A stretch of DNA of 60,962 bases from Burkholderiales bacterium (lineage in GTDB: Bacteria > Pseudomonadota > Gammaproteobacteria > Burkholderiales > SG8-39). Every line of letters starts with the position of its first letter. Within the stretch, counting starts at the first letter, position 1. Positions 1 to 9,647 of this stretch are shown piece after piece. Where the stretch lies: positions 126,318-187,279 of the forward strand of contig DATEOW010000006.1 in assembly GCA_035273665.1 (NCBI GenBank), given 5' to 3'. A program made the position numbers and the translations under genes. The notes under the pieces were generated by a model. The model had not been told where the DNA came from, did not search any database, and saw nothing but the letters and a program-made list of their open reading frames with translations.

Positions 1-1085
1 ATGCCGATCCGGATGTCATTGCAGCAGTACAGGAGAAAGCAGCGTCCGGACTTTCTTTTGGTGCGCCGACTGAGCTCGAAATAGAGATGGCTGAACTGCT
101 CTGTAGCAGCGTGCCCAACATGGAGATGGTTCGTTTGGTCAGCTCTGGCACTGAAGCCACCATGAGCGCGCTGAGACTGGCACGCGGTTATACCGGCCGG
201 TCGCGCATCATCAAGTTCGAGGGGTGTTATCACGGCCACGGCGATGCTCTGCTCGTCAAAGCGGGCTCCGGCTTATTGACGCTTGGCCAACCGACCTCGG
301 CGGGTGTACCGCCGGAAGTCGCCGCGGCAACGATGGTGCTGTCCTATAACGACTGCGAACAACTCGAAACGGCATTCAAGGAATACGGCGACCAGATCGC
401 CGCCGTGATCGTCGAGCCGGTCGCAGGCAATATGAATCTCGTGCCTGCCGCGCCGGAGTTTCTAATGACGATGCGCGGGCTGTGCAGCCAATATGGTGCC
501 GTGATGATCTTCGACGAGGTGATGTGCGGATTTCGCGTGCATCCGCGCGGCGCTCAAGGCCTCTACGGAGTCGATGCCGATCTTGTTACGCTCGGAAAAG
601 TAATCGGCGGAGGGATGCCGGTCGGAGCGTTTGGCGGTCGCAAGTCCATCATGCAATCCATTGCGCCACTGGGACCCGTTTACCAAGCGGGCACCTTATC
701 GGGCAATCCGGTCGCGGTTGTCGCCGGACTGCGGACACTCGATAAAGTGTTAGCGCCGGGCTTCCATGAAAAACTAAGTGCGATGACGGCCAAACTTGCC
801 GAGGGCTTGCAGCTCGCGGCCAAGGCGGCGAGTGCCTCTTTTTCCGCCAGATCGGTCGGCAGTATGTTCGGCATTTACTTCCTCGACACACCACCCGACT
901 CCTATGCCCAAGTGATGCGCAGTGACAAGGAGCGCTTCAATCGCTTTTTTCACGCCATGTTGGATTGCGGCGTGTATTTCGCCCCCTCCGCGTATGAGGC
1001 CGGATTTGTTTCCGCCGCGCATAGCGAAGCCGATCTGCAGATTACTTTCGCTGCGGCCGCACAGGTCTTTGCACAAACCGCCTAA
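1..1085 (+). CDS. hemL: Glutamate-1-semialdehyde 2,1-aminomutase (5' end cut by window edge)
   Basis: The frame of ORF 87..1085 stays open back to nt 3 ([33 protein letters not shown]). Class-III aminotransferase sequence with PLP-lysine context [20 protein letters not shown]. Confidence 0.95.
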   Translation, partial: ADPDVIAAVQEKAASGLSFGAPTELEIEMAELLCSSVPNMEMVRLVSSGTEATMSALRLARGYTGRSRIIKFEGCYHGHGDALLVKAGSGLLTLGQPTSAGVPPEVAAATMVLSYNDCEQLETAFKEYGDQIAAVIVEPVAGNMNLVPAAPEFLMTMRGLCSQYGAVMIFDEVMCGFRVHPRGAQGLYGVDADLVTLGKVIGGGMPVGAFGGRKSIMQSIAPLGPVYQAGTLSGNPVAVVAGLRTLDKVLAPGFHEKLSAMTAKLAEGLQLAAKAASASFSARSVGSMFGIYFLDTPPDSYAQVMRSDKERFNRFFHAMLDCGVYFAPSAYEAGFVSAAHSEADLQITFAAAAQVFAQTA

Positions 1086-1495
1086 CGTTTCACGGAATCG
1101 CGAATCTCTCGAAGCAGCAAAACGTCTTCAGGCGTTGCCGCTGGGGTCGCCGGCGCTTCGCGTTTGAGCTTATTGATCCATTTCACCATCAAGAAAATGA
1201 TGAAGGCGAGGATGATGAAATTCAGCGCGATGGTGATGAAGTTACCGTATGCGAATACGGGTATGCCCGCCTTTTTCAGTTCTACGAGCGTCATCGGCAC
1301 GCCCGGAGGAACATCCTTGAGCGGAACGAAGTAATTCGAGAAATCCAGACCACCGACCGCACGTCCCACTAGCGGCATGATCAAATCATTCACCACCGAA
1401 TCGACAATCTTGCCGAAAGCGGCGCCAATGATCACGCCAACGGCCAGATCCATCACGTTGCCTTTGAGAGCGAATTCGCGAAACTCTTTCAACAT
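1082..1495 (-). CDS. mscL: Large-conductance mechanosensitive channel
   Basis: 137 aa. The N-terminus [31 protein letters not shown] is the canonical MscL signature. Stop codon overlaps the hemL stop. Confidence 0.96.
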   Translation of the reverse strand: MLKEFREFALKGNVMDLAVGVIIGAAFGKIVDSVVNDLIMPLVGRAVGGLDFSNYFVPLKDVPPGVPMTLVELKKAGIPVFAYGNFITIALNFIILAFIIFLMVKWINKLKREAPATPAATPEDVLLLREIRDSVKR

Positions 1496-1513
1496 TCCAG
1501 CCTCCCTTTATTT

Positions 1514-3028
1514 TTATAACAGGAACAGCGTCGCCAAGCCCAAAAAGATAAAGAATCCGCCGGAATCGGTGCAGGCCGTAATGAGTACCGAAGAGCCTAC
1601 CGCCGGGTCGCGACCGATCTTGACCATCGTGATGGGAATGAGCACGCCCATGGCTGCCGCAAGCAGAAGATTGAGCGTCATTGCCGCCGTCATCACCACG
1701 CCAAGCTTGATACTACCGTAGAGCATATAGGCGGCGATGCCGAGGATGCCTCCCCAAATCAAGCCATTCAGTAACGCGACGCAGGCTTCCTTTGAAAGCA
1801 GCTTTCGCGCTTGCTCCGGCGTCACTTGTCCTAGTGCGAAAGCGCGCACGATCATTGTGATGGTCTGATTGCCCGAGTTGCCCCCTATACCCGCAACGAT
1901 TGGCATGAGGGCGGCCAGCGCAACCAGCTTCTCGATGGAGCCCTCGAACACGCCGATGACACGTGATGCGATGAAAGCCGTGATCAAATTGATTGCCAGC
2001 CAAGACCAACGGTTCTTGACCGACTCCCACACTGACGCGAACACATCTTCGCTTTCCCGCAGACCACCAATTCCCAGTAGCTCGCTTTCGCTCTTTTCGC
2101 GGATGTAATCCATGACCGTATCCACGGTCACTCGACCCATGAGTCGACCTTCTTCGTCCACTACCGGCGCAGAGACCAAGTCGTAGCGTTCGAATGCGCC
2201 CGCGGCATCTTGCGCACCATCGTCGGGATAGAGCGTCACGAAATCTTCTCGCAACATGACGGCGCCGACATGGGCTTCGAGATCTGAGACGATCAATTTG
2301 CTGAAAGGCAGTACGCCAACGAGTTTTTCGACACGATCGACAACGAAGATTTGATCGGTGTGATCGGGTAGCTCGTCGTACCGTCGCAGATAGCGGGTGA
2401 CGACCTCGAGTGTCACGTCTTCGCGAACGCTGACCACTTCGAAATCCATGAGCGCGCCCACAGAGTCATCGGGATAGGACATGGCGGCGCGCAGCTTCTC
2501 CCGCTCTTCAATAGGCAAAGAGCGAAAGACGTCTTCCATGACGTCCTCGGGAAGGTCCGGCGCGAGATCGGCGAGTTCGTCCGCATCGAGCTGCTCAGCG
2601 GCCGCAACCAACTCATCCACATCCATGCTTTTGATCAGCGATTCGCGTACAGGCTCGCTGACTTCCAGCAGAATCTCCCCGTCCCGCTCTGCCTTGACGA
2701 GTTCCCACACCATCAAGCGCTCTTCACGGGGCAGCGCCTCTAAGATGTAGGCGACGTCCGCAGCGTGCATGTCGTCGAGCTTGCCGCGCAGTTCCGCTAG
2801 ATGCTGCTTATGAACGAGTGTTTCGACGAGATTGTGGCGCGGCCCTTCCTGCCTCTCGACGAGGCTTTCGACCAAATGGTGGCGGCGCAGCAGCTCCCGG
2901 ACTTGCGCCAAGTCCTGCTGGAGGCCTTCCACTTCTTTGTGTTCAGGACTTTGAGACATGATATGCACGGCATGTACTACGCGCTCGGGTGGCGATTGTA
3001 GCCCCCGCTTATCAATTGCGCGTGTCAT
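1514..3028 (-). CDS. mgtE: Magnesium transporter MgtE
   Basis: 504-aa ORF with MgtE N-domain, CBS pair and C-terminal TM channel (GIGGNSGNQT, TDSGGFFIFLGLA). An alternative start at 2959 (MSQSPEHKE) is possible. Confidence 0.93.
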   Translation of the reverse strand: MTRAIDKRGLQSPPERVVHAVHIMSQSPEHKEVEGLQQDLAQVRELLRRHHLVESLVERQEGPRHNLVETLVHKQHLAELRGKLDDMHAADVAYILEALPREERLMVWELVKAERDGEILLEVSEPVRESLIKSMDVDELVAAAEQLDADELADLAPDLPEDVMEDVFRSLPIEEREKLRAAMSYPDDSVGALMDFEVVSVREDVTLEVVTRYLRRYDELPDHTDQIFVVDRVEKLVGVLPFSKLIVSDLEAHVGAVMLREDFVTLYPDDGAQDAAGAFERYDLVSAPVVDEEGRLMGRVTVDTVMDYIREKSESELLGIGGLRESEDVFASVWESVKNRWSWLAINLITAFIASRVIGVFEGSIEKLVALAALMPIVAGIGGNSGNQTITMIVRAFALGQVTPEQARKLLSKEACVALLNGLIWGGILGIAAYMLYGSIKLGVVMTAAMTLNLLLAAAMGVLIPITMVKIGRDPAVGSSVLITACTDSGGFFIFLGLATLFLL

Positions 3029-3058
3029 TGAACGTCACGCGCATCGAAATCGCCGCGC

Positions 3059-3754
3059 TCAGGGCACCTGAGCGTGATTCATCCGCGCAAGAATCCGCTC
3101 GCTATATCGGCCGAGATAAGCCGACCCCGGGTTGCGGTGATAAAACTGCGGCCGAGGAAGCATGGCAGCCAAGCGCGCCGCTTGCCACGCATTGAGTTGA
3201 CTCGCACTGACGCCGTAGTAATGCCTCGCGGCAGCCTCCGCACCGAAGATACCGTTACCCCACTCCGCGACATTCATATAAATCTCCAGGATGCGGCGCT
3301 TGCTCAGCGTGGATTCCAGCATCAGGGTAATGATTGCTTCTTCCGCCTTGCGCACGTAGCTTCGCTCTCCGGACAGGAAGAGATTCTTCGCCAGTTGCTG
3401 CGTAATCGTGGAGCCCCCCGCGACGGCTTTACCTTTCTTTTCGTTCTTTTCTAGGGCGCGTTGGATTCCATCCCAGTCAAACCCTTCGTGGTCGATGAAC
3501 TTATCGTCCTCGGCCGCGATGACCGCACGTTTCAGATTCGGCGATATTTTGGCGTATTCCGTCCATCGATAAGCGAGCCGCGCCTTGGGATTCTTGACCT
3601 GCATGGCATGGAGCCGCGCCTCCATAAAGCGGGTGGAACCGACTGGATATTTGGACCAATACAGAATGTGACCGTAAAACCACAGTTGCACGATCACGAA
3701 CGCTAGCGCGATTGCACCCAGCGTATAGCGCAAGATCTTCCAGGCGCGTTTCAT
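3059..3754 (-). CDS. mtgA: Monofunctional biosynthetic peptidoglycan transglycosylase
   Basis: 231 aa with N-terminal TM segment and GT51 motifs (IAAEDDKFIDHEGFDW, GGSTITQQLAKN). Confidence 0.94.
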   Translation of the reverse strand: MKRAWKILRYTLGAIALAFVIVQLWFYGHILYWSKYPVGSTRFMEARLHAMQVKNPKARLAYRWTEYAKISPNLKRAVIAAEDDKFIDHEGFDWDGIQRALEKNEKKGKAVAGGSTITQQLAKNLFLSGERSYVRKAEEAIITLMLESTLSKRRILEIYMNVAEWGNGIFGAEAAARHYYGVSASQLNAWQAARLAAMLPRPQFYHRNPGSAYLGRYSERILARMNHAQVP

Positions 3755-3755
3755 T

Positions 3756-4559
3756 TTAGAAAGAGGCGCGCATTTGCTCGAAGACCGGCGCTGTATCCGG
3801 TCGGACGCCCCGCCAAATGAAGAATGATTCGGCCGCTTGCTCGATTAACATGCCCAAACCGTCGCTGCTCCGAGCCGCGCCGTGGGCTCTCCCAAAAGCG
3901 AGGAACGGGGTTTCCTCTGCGCCGTAGACCATGTCGTAAACGAAACTACCGGCGAGCGCTTCCGGAGGAAGCGGCGGCAAGGCATCCTGAAGACTTGCCG
4001 AAGTGGCATTCACAATCAAATCGAACTGTGCGCCCGCAAGTTCTGCATAAGTGCAAGCGCGGATGCCGAAGCGCTCGGCGAGGGCTTGCGCCTTGCTCAA
4101 GGTGCGATTGGCAATATAAAAACTGGCCGGCCCTTCGGCCAGCAATGGTTGGATAACGCCGCGAGCCGCGCCGCCCGCACCCATGAGCAAGATCCGCTTT
4201 TGCTTCAGGGGGAAAGACTGATTGATGGTGATATCGCGCACCAAACCCGCGCCGTCCGTATTGTCTGCGACGATTCGTCCCTCGCGAAAACTCAAGGTGT
4301 TCGCCGCACCGGCGGCGGATGCCCGTGCCGAATGCTCGTGCGCAAGTTCGAACGCTTCTTCCTTGAACGGCACGGTGACGTTCGCGCCACAACCGCCATC
4401 GCTAAAAAAGGCGCTCAAGGTCCCGGCGAAATCTTCCAGAGGAGCGAGGAGCCGGTCATAGCGCAGATCTTGATGCGTCTGCCGAGCAAAGGCGGCATGA
4501 ATCTGCGGCGACCTGCTGTGTGCAATAGGATGGCCGATTACGGCGTAACGGTCTGACAT
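3756..4559 (-). CDS. aroE: Shikimate dehydrogenase
   Basis: 267 aa. MSDRYAVIGHPIAHSRSPQIH, NVTVPFKEEA and the Rossmann motif LLMGAGGAARG are typical AroE. Lies 1 nt upstream of mtgA. Confidence 0.94.
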   Translation of the reverse strand: MSDRYAVIGHPIAHSRSPQIHAAFARQTHQDLRYDRLLAPLEDFAGTLSAFFSDGGCGANVTVPFKEEAFELAHEHSARASAAGAANTLSFREGRIVADNTDGAGLVRDITINQSFPLKQKRILLMGAGGAARGVIQPLLAEGPASFYIANRTLSKAQALAERFGIRACTYAELAGAQFDLIVNATSASLQDALPPLPPEALAGSFVYDMVYGAEETPFLAFGRAHGAARSSDGLGMLIEQAAESFFIWRGVRPDTAPVFEQMRASF

Positions 4560-4721
4560 GGGACGAATATACCGCGATCAGGGGCAAACGAATCATCGTG
4601 CATATGCCGCTTCGGGCAAAGCGTCTCAAAGACACTTACGCTAGCGATCTTTCAAGGTCATGGACGTTTCGTCCTTTCTCGCACGGCGACTGCCGCCCGC
4701 CATACTTGACCTAATAGCGGA

Positions 4722-5630
4722 TCAATCGCTAAACAACTTGTCACCTGGCGCAAAAGTCCAGGTGCGTACGATGACGAGCTCATCGTATTCCCGCCGGATA
4801 TCGGCAGGAAACGCGGCAAAGGGTGAGGCAAGCGCAACGATTTTTTGCGCGGCGGCATCCAGGACCTTATGGCCGGAACTGCGGTCAATCTGCATGCTGC
4901 TCACCGTGCCGTCGCCCTTGATGATGACGGTCAAGCGCAGGCTACCGTAGATTCGTCCGCGCGCACTGTCCGGATAGTTCTGCGTGCCCACGCGTTCGAT
5001 TTTCTGCCGCCACTGCTCCACATACATCGCATAACGCGCCTCTTCTGCGTTGGTACCAATGTGCTTACGACGCGGCTTCTTGTTGTATTCCTCGATACGG
5101 CGGTTGACCTCCGCTTCGAGCGGAATGTTGAGCAACGCGGCATCTCTCAGATCGGTGCCGGAGAGATGCGGCGCTTCAGCCTCGGTCGTTTCGTTCGGCT
5201 TGTTCGGCTGAGTGTGTACGCGCTTGGACGCACGTGCCGCGGTCTGAAGTTGACGTTGTTGTGCCTCGAGTTCCTGCACGCGCTTTTGCATCCGCTGAAC
5301 ATCGTCACCTTGATCGGTTTGCTTCGAAACAGGCAGCGGCGTTTTTGCCCGGCGGTCGTCATCCACGTTTCCGCCGCCTTCCAGATTGGCTTGAGCGATA
5401 ACGTCCGATTTGACCGGTTTCTTGCGAGACTTGCTGTTGACCAACACCACTTCCAGCGCTTGCGGGGCAGCACTCGCCTTGGACGTGTCTGGGAAGGCGA
5501 AATGAAGGGTCAGCAAAAAGCCGTGGGCGATTACCGACACCAGCAGGGCAATGCTGAGCCCCCGGGAAAGGCCTGTGCCCGGTGAAGCTGCGGTATCGGA
5601 ATAGCGGTTCGGTAAGGTATATGCGGCCAA
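4722..5630 (-). CDS. TonB-family C-terminal domain protein (atypical, coiled-coil instead of Pro-rich spacer)
   Basis: 302 aa. N-terminal TM anchor (LSIALLVSVIAHGFLLTL), charged/coiled-coil middle (QRMQKRVQELEAQQRQLQ) and TonB_C-like end (GSLRLTVIIKGDGTVSSMQIDRSSGHKVLDAAAQKIV). Confidence 0.75.
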   Translation of the reverse strand: MAAYTLPNRYSDTAASPGTGLSRGLSIALLVSVIAHGFLLTLHFAFPDTSKASAAPQALEVVLVNSKSRKKPVKSDVIAQANLEGGGNVDDDRRAKTPLPVSKQTDQGDDVQRMQKRVQELEAQQRQLQTAARASKRVHTQPNKPNETTEAEAPHLSGTDLRDAALLNIPLEAEVNRRIEEYNKKPRRKHIGTNAEEARYAMYVEQWRQKIERVGTQNYPDSARGRIYGSLRLTVIIKGDGTVSSMQIDRSSGHKVLDAAAQKIVALASPFAAFPADIRREYDELVIVRTWTFAPGDKLFSD

Positions 5631-5638
5631 TTAGCTTT

Positions 5639-7507
5639 TCATTCCGGCGGCCCGGCCTCCGCAGGAGGCAGCGCTTTCTTATAGAGGCAGCGTATTTGAC
5701 TGTCAATCAAATCGACCCCTTCGATCTGCACTTCGACCATGGTCCCGGGCGCTAATTCCGGCAACGAAGGCAAGCGCAGGTACAAAGGCATATTGTTGAA
5801 GCGAAGCAATTTGTCGCGCACCACTTCCGCCGTCGCCTCTTGAATGCCTTCCTGTTCGATCCAACGCAAACACCAATAGTGCTCCATCTGCCGCTGAAAT
5901 TCGTCATAGGCGGCATAGGTCAGTTCGAAATCGCGCATGGCGGCTAAAAGCGCTTCGGATTTATTCGACGCGAAGGGGGGCGTCTCGTTCCGCAATGCGG
6001 CGATGAGCTGCCATTGATTGATGAGATCGATATATCGCCGTAGCGGCGAGCTCGACCAGGCGTAATGGCTGACACCCAGGCCTTGATGCCCCGAGGCGAT
6101 CGTCGTCATGCGCACCTTACCATCGCTCTGCGCCCGATAAATCGCGGCGATCCCTGCTTCATCCAATAGCTGTCCCCAGCTGCTGTTGACCAGAATCATC
6201 AGTTCCGCAACTAATTTATCCAGGGGCGCGCCGCGTTTCCGCGGCAGGATCTGCACTCGGTCGTTTTCGACATAAAAATTGAATTCGAGTCGATCGACAC
6301 TATTACTCGCCTTGCCGCGCGCCCCCTCCAATGCAAGCGCAAAGCGGTAGAGCGTATGCAATTGCGCCGCGTAGGGAATCGATGGATCGACTTTCTCCAG
6401 GAGAAAGTCTTCGTTCAACTGTTCGACCTGGTGATGGCGTAGGTTTGCAGCCACCGGCACGCGTTCGATACGCGTTTCGATCGAGATAATGTCGAAGTTG
6501 TGGGGATTGATGTCCGCATAAAGCGACAAAGCCGGCGGTGCGCTTCCTTCGTTGAGACTGAAACGCGCCACAAACTCGTCTGGGAGCATGGTAATTTTGC
6601 GGCCCGGCATATACGCGGTGGAAAGGCGGTTACGCGCGATCGTATCGAGCGCCGATCCGGGCGCGAATCCCAAAGCCGGGGCCGCGATATGCACGCCCAC
6701 TCGCAGAGTGCCGTCGGGCAACTTGGTGAGGGACATTGCATCGTCGATTTCGGTCGTGGTCGCGTCGTCGAGGCTGAAGGCTTCAACCTCCGCGATGGGG
6801 AGATTCTCGATTAATTGGGGCAGCTCGATACTCGGAAATTCGACGCCCTTTGGAAATTGGTCAAAGAGGAAACGATTGAAATGAAAATCGTGACTCGACG
6901 AAAGGTGTCCGCAGGCATGCACCAGTTTCGGCGCGGACAGCCCGGTTGCCAGACAAGCCTGTTCCAATGCTTTGGTCTCAAGGCGATTGCGATCGGGTTT
7001 GTACAGCAGCTCGCGCAACAGCGGTTGAAGCGCTTCGGGCATTTCGAAAGCTTGCAGCTGTTTCGCCCATTTCTCCATCTGTTCTGCTTGCGCGCGCTTG
7101 CGTTCGAGTCCGGCGAGCGCTGCCTTGAGCGTATCCGCCGGCGCGGCACGAAAACGCCCTTTGCCTTTGCGGTGAAAATACATCGGCGCCGAATGCAGCT
7201 TGAGCAGAATGCTTGCCGCCTCGAGCGCATCCGGTGAATGGCCGCAATAATCTTGAGCCAGTTCGTGAAATGCGAATTCCTGCTCACCGCAGCATTCCCA
7301 TAAAAAATCGGTATCGATCTCTTGAGATTGTGCTTCCGCGCGCGCCATGAATTCGGTCAACCCGCCATGCTCGAAACGCAATAGCACATGCGCGGCTTTG
7401 ATCTTGCTGCGTTTGCCGTGCGGCGCCTCGACCTGCAGTGCGCTATCCGTTTCGCTCAGCACAGTGCCGACTTTATAGTCGCCGTTTTCTTCGTATAGGA
7501 CGTTCAT
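5639..7507 (-). CDS. RNB-domain exoribonuclease (RNase II family)
   Basis: 622 aa. RNB catalytic motif SLDDATTTEIDDAMSL and downstream RNB core (HQGLGVSHYAWSSSPLRRYIDLINQ). Confidence 0.88.
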   Translation of the reverse strand: MNVLYEENGDYKVGTVLSETDSALQVEAPHGKRSKIKAAHVLLRFEHGGLTEFMARAEAQSQEIDTDFLWECCGEQEFAFHELAQDYCGHSPDALEAASILLKLHSAPMYFHRKGKGRFRAAPADTLKAALAGLERKRAQAEQMEKWAKQLQAFEMPEALQPLLRELLYKPDRNRLETKALEQACLATGLSAPKLVHACGHLSSSHDFHFNRFLFDQFPKGVEFPSIELPQLIENLPIAEVEAFSLDDATTTEIDDAMSLTKLPDGTLRVGVHIAAPALGFAPGSALDTIARNRLSTAYMPGRKITMLPDEFVARFSLNEGSAPPALSLYADINPHNFDIISIETRIERVPVAANLRHHQVEQLNEDFLLEKVDPSIPYAAQLHTLYRFALALEGARGKASNSVDRLEFNFYVENDRVQILPRKRGAPLDKLVAELMILVNSSWGQLLDEAGIAAIYRAQSDGKVRMTTIASGHQGLGVSHYAWSSSPLRRYIDLINQWQLIAALRNETPPFASNKSEALLAAMRDFELTYAAYDEFQRQMEHYWCLRWIEQEGIQEATAEVVRDKLLRFNNMPLYLRLPSLPELAPGTMVEVQIEGVDLIDSQIRCLYKKALPPAEAGPPE

Positions 7508-7592
7508 GGAATATTGGCTTAAGGGACTGCCGCCCCTTAAAAAATCCTCTAGGCGGCGGACGCCGGCACAGACATAAAGCGCGAAGGCCGAA

Positions 7593-8183
7593 TTATAGAG
7601 TGCCGCGCAGGCCGGCGAACTGAAGAATGCGAGGAATATGGGCCGGGAAGCTTTGCAAGCTGTGATCGCCGCCTGACACCACGATTTGTTCGGCCCCGGC
7701 GTATTTACTTACCGCCAGCCGATAGTCCAGCACTTCGTCACCCGTTTCGACAATGAGTAGAAAACGCTGAGGTTCGGTAACGCGCACATCTAGCGCGCGC
7801 CATTGTTCGATATGTTCATGCTTCAACTCGTAGGCCTCACCCGTGAACATATTTTTCTGTGGGCCGAGATAACGCTCAAGGCGTTGTTGCGGATGGACAG
7901 CCGGATTGATGAGCACCGCTTTGAGTCCGTGTTTTTGTGCAAGATAAGTGGAATAAAAGCCGCCGAGGGAGCTGCCCACCAAGGTGATGTCGGTCTCTTC
8001 CGTTTTTCCCGCCTTTGCTGTCTTGATTTCCTCTTCGACCACAATGATGGCGTCGTTCGGCACATACGGCAGTTTTGGGCAGCGGTATAAATGGCCCAAC
8101 CCGCGCTCCACCATCGCCTCTCGCATCAACTGCGCCTTGTGGGATGCCGGATCACTATTGAACCCGTGCAGATATATCAGCAT
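7593..8183 (-). CDS. YqiA/YcfP-family alpha/beta-fold esterase
   Basis: 196 aa. MLIYLHGFNSDPASHKA start and nucleophile elbow LVGSSLGGFY. Overlaps the upstream AAA gene by 7 nt. Confidence 0.85.
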   Translation of the reverse strand: MLIYLHGFNSDPASHKAQLMREAMVERGLGHLYRCPKLPYVPNDAIIVVEEEIKTAKAGKTEETDITLVGSSLGGFYSTYLAQKHGLKAVLINPAVHPQQRLERYLGPQKNMFTGEAYELKHEHIEQWRALDVRVTEPQRFLLIVETGDEVLDYRLAVSKYAGAEQIVVSGGDHSLQSFPAHIPRILQFAGLRGTL

Positions 8184-9646
8184 GCGGGCACGGTGCGGTC
8201 ACGCGCCCAATCGCGCAAGGCCGTCACCCGCTCGGCCATGATGACGGACAAGGGCTTGGTACGATGAAGCTCTGCGACAATTAACAGCGTGTCGATCGGC
8301 TTGTTTTGGGCGTGACTTTCGTACTTCGCCGCAACAATCGCCTGTTCGATCTCTGCGCCCGAAAAACCCTCGCTCGCGCCGATCAGCGCATCAAGATCGA
8401 AAGATTGTGGGTCTAATTTGCGCCGGCGCAAGTGGATGAGAAACACTTCTTTACGCGTCTCGGCATCCGGCAGATCGACAAAAAATATCTCGTCGAAGCG
8501 GCCTTTGCGCAGAAGCTCCGGCGGGAGCGCGCTGACATCGTTGGCGGTTGCCGCCAGAAATACGCGTGTTTCACGCTCGGCCATCCATGTCAGTAGCGTG
8601 CCGAGCACGCGACGCGACAAACCATCATCGCTCGAATCCGCCGCCAAGCCCTTCTCGATTTCGTCGATCCACAATACGCAAGGCGCCATCGCTTCAGCCG
8701 TCTTGAAAGCTTGGCGCAGATTGCGCTCGGTTTCGCCGTGATACTTGTTATACAGCGCGGCGAAATCCAAGCGCAACAAGGGCACGCCCCATGCGCCCGC
8801 GGTCGCTTTGGCGGCAAGGCTTTTTCCCCCGCCTTGAACCCCTAACATCAACACGCCCTTGGGCACATCGAGACCGGATTTATTTTCAACGTCCAGAAAG
8901 GGCGCACGGCGCAATTCCAACCAACGCTTTAAACGTCCAAGCCCAGCGACATCATGCAAACGCGCGCTGTCCGGCTCCAGACTTAGAACCCCATCGCCGA
9001 GCATTTCGAGCTTGAGTCGACCGATACGCGCGACGTCGGTGGGACTAATCACCCCATCATCGTGCAAGGATTGACGGATAAGCCGCCGCGCGTCTTCCAA
9101 AGGCAGACCGACCAAGTATCGCAACAAAGATTCGAGCGTTTCAGGTTGCCCGCGCGCGGGCTCGCCTTGTTGTTTCTGCCACATCTCGGCTTCTTCTCTC
9201 AGAAGCTGCCGCAGGCCGGACAGGTCCGGCACGGCCAACTGAAATCGAGCAGCGAAGCGCGTCACCTCGCTAGGCAAGCTCAACTCGTGGCTGACAAAGA
9301 CAAGCGTGCGCGCCGTACGCCCATAGCCTTGCGCAATTTCTTTGATGAGGCGGATATTGATCGGATCCTCTAAATACTTATGAGCATCGAACAGCGTGTA
9401 GATCCCGTTCTGCTGGGTCGCCTCGATATGGCGTAGCGCATCGCGCAGTTCGTTTGTTTGAGACATGCGTTGCCCTAAACCGACGCGGCGCATGCCCTCA
9501 ACGACGCTCCAACCGAACAATGCCCATGCCTCGAGATTGGCAATGCGTTCGAGCAAGGCGAAGACGCGCGTCTCTTCGTGTGTTTCGATGACGACAAGCG
9601 GAAAACGCGACTTGAGAATGACAGTGAGATCGCGTTGATCGTTCAT
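8177..9646 (-). CDS. Classic-clade AAA+ ATPase with uncharacterised N-terminal domain
   Basis: 489 aa. Walker A GVQGGGKS, Walker B VLWIDEIEK, second region of homology ATANDVSALPPELLRKGRFDE. About 240 aa N-terminal region without nucleotide motifs. ATG lies 1 nt after the mpl stop. Confidence 0.85.
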   Translation of the reverse strand: MNDQRDLTVILKSRFPLVVIETHEETRVFALLERIANLEAWALFGWSVVEGMRRVGLGQRMSQTNELRDALRHIEATQQNGIYTLFDAHKYLEDPINIRLIKEIAQGYGRTARTLVFVSHELSLPSEVTRFAARFQLAVPDLSGLRQLLREEAEMWQKQQGEPARGQPETLESLLRYLVGLPLEDARRLIRQSLHDDGVISPTDVARIGRLKLEMLGDGVLSLEPDSARLHDVAGLGRLKRWLELRRAPFLDVENKSGLDVPKGVLMLGVQGGGKSLAAKATAGAWGVPLLRLDFAALYNKYHGETERNLRQAFKTAEAMAPCVLWIDEIEKGLAADSSDDGLSRRVLGTLLTWMAERETRVFLAATANDVSALPPELLRKGRFDEIFFVDLPDAETRKEVFLIHLRRRKLDPQSFDLDALIGASEGFSGAEIEQAIVAAKYESHAQNKPIDTLLIVAELHRTKPLSVIMAERVTALRDWARDRTVPAC

Positions 9647-9647
9647 G

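Noticed and set aside
4560-4721. 162-nt gap between the TonB-like gene and aroE as a possible sRNA or riboswitch locus
   Set aside because: It contains only short weak stems (GGACG-TTT-CGTCC) and no terminator-like element or recognisable RNA motif. It is most simply the aroE-mtgA-mgtE promoter region.
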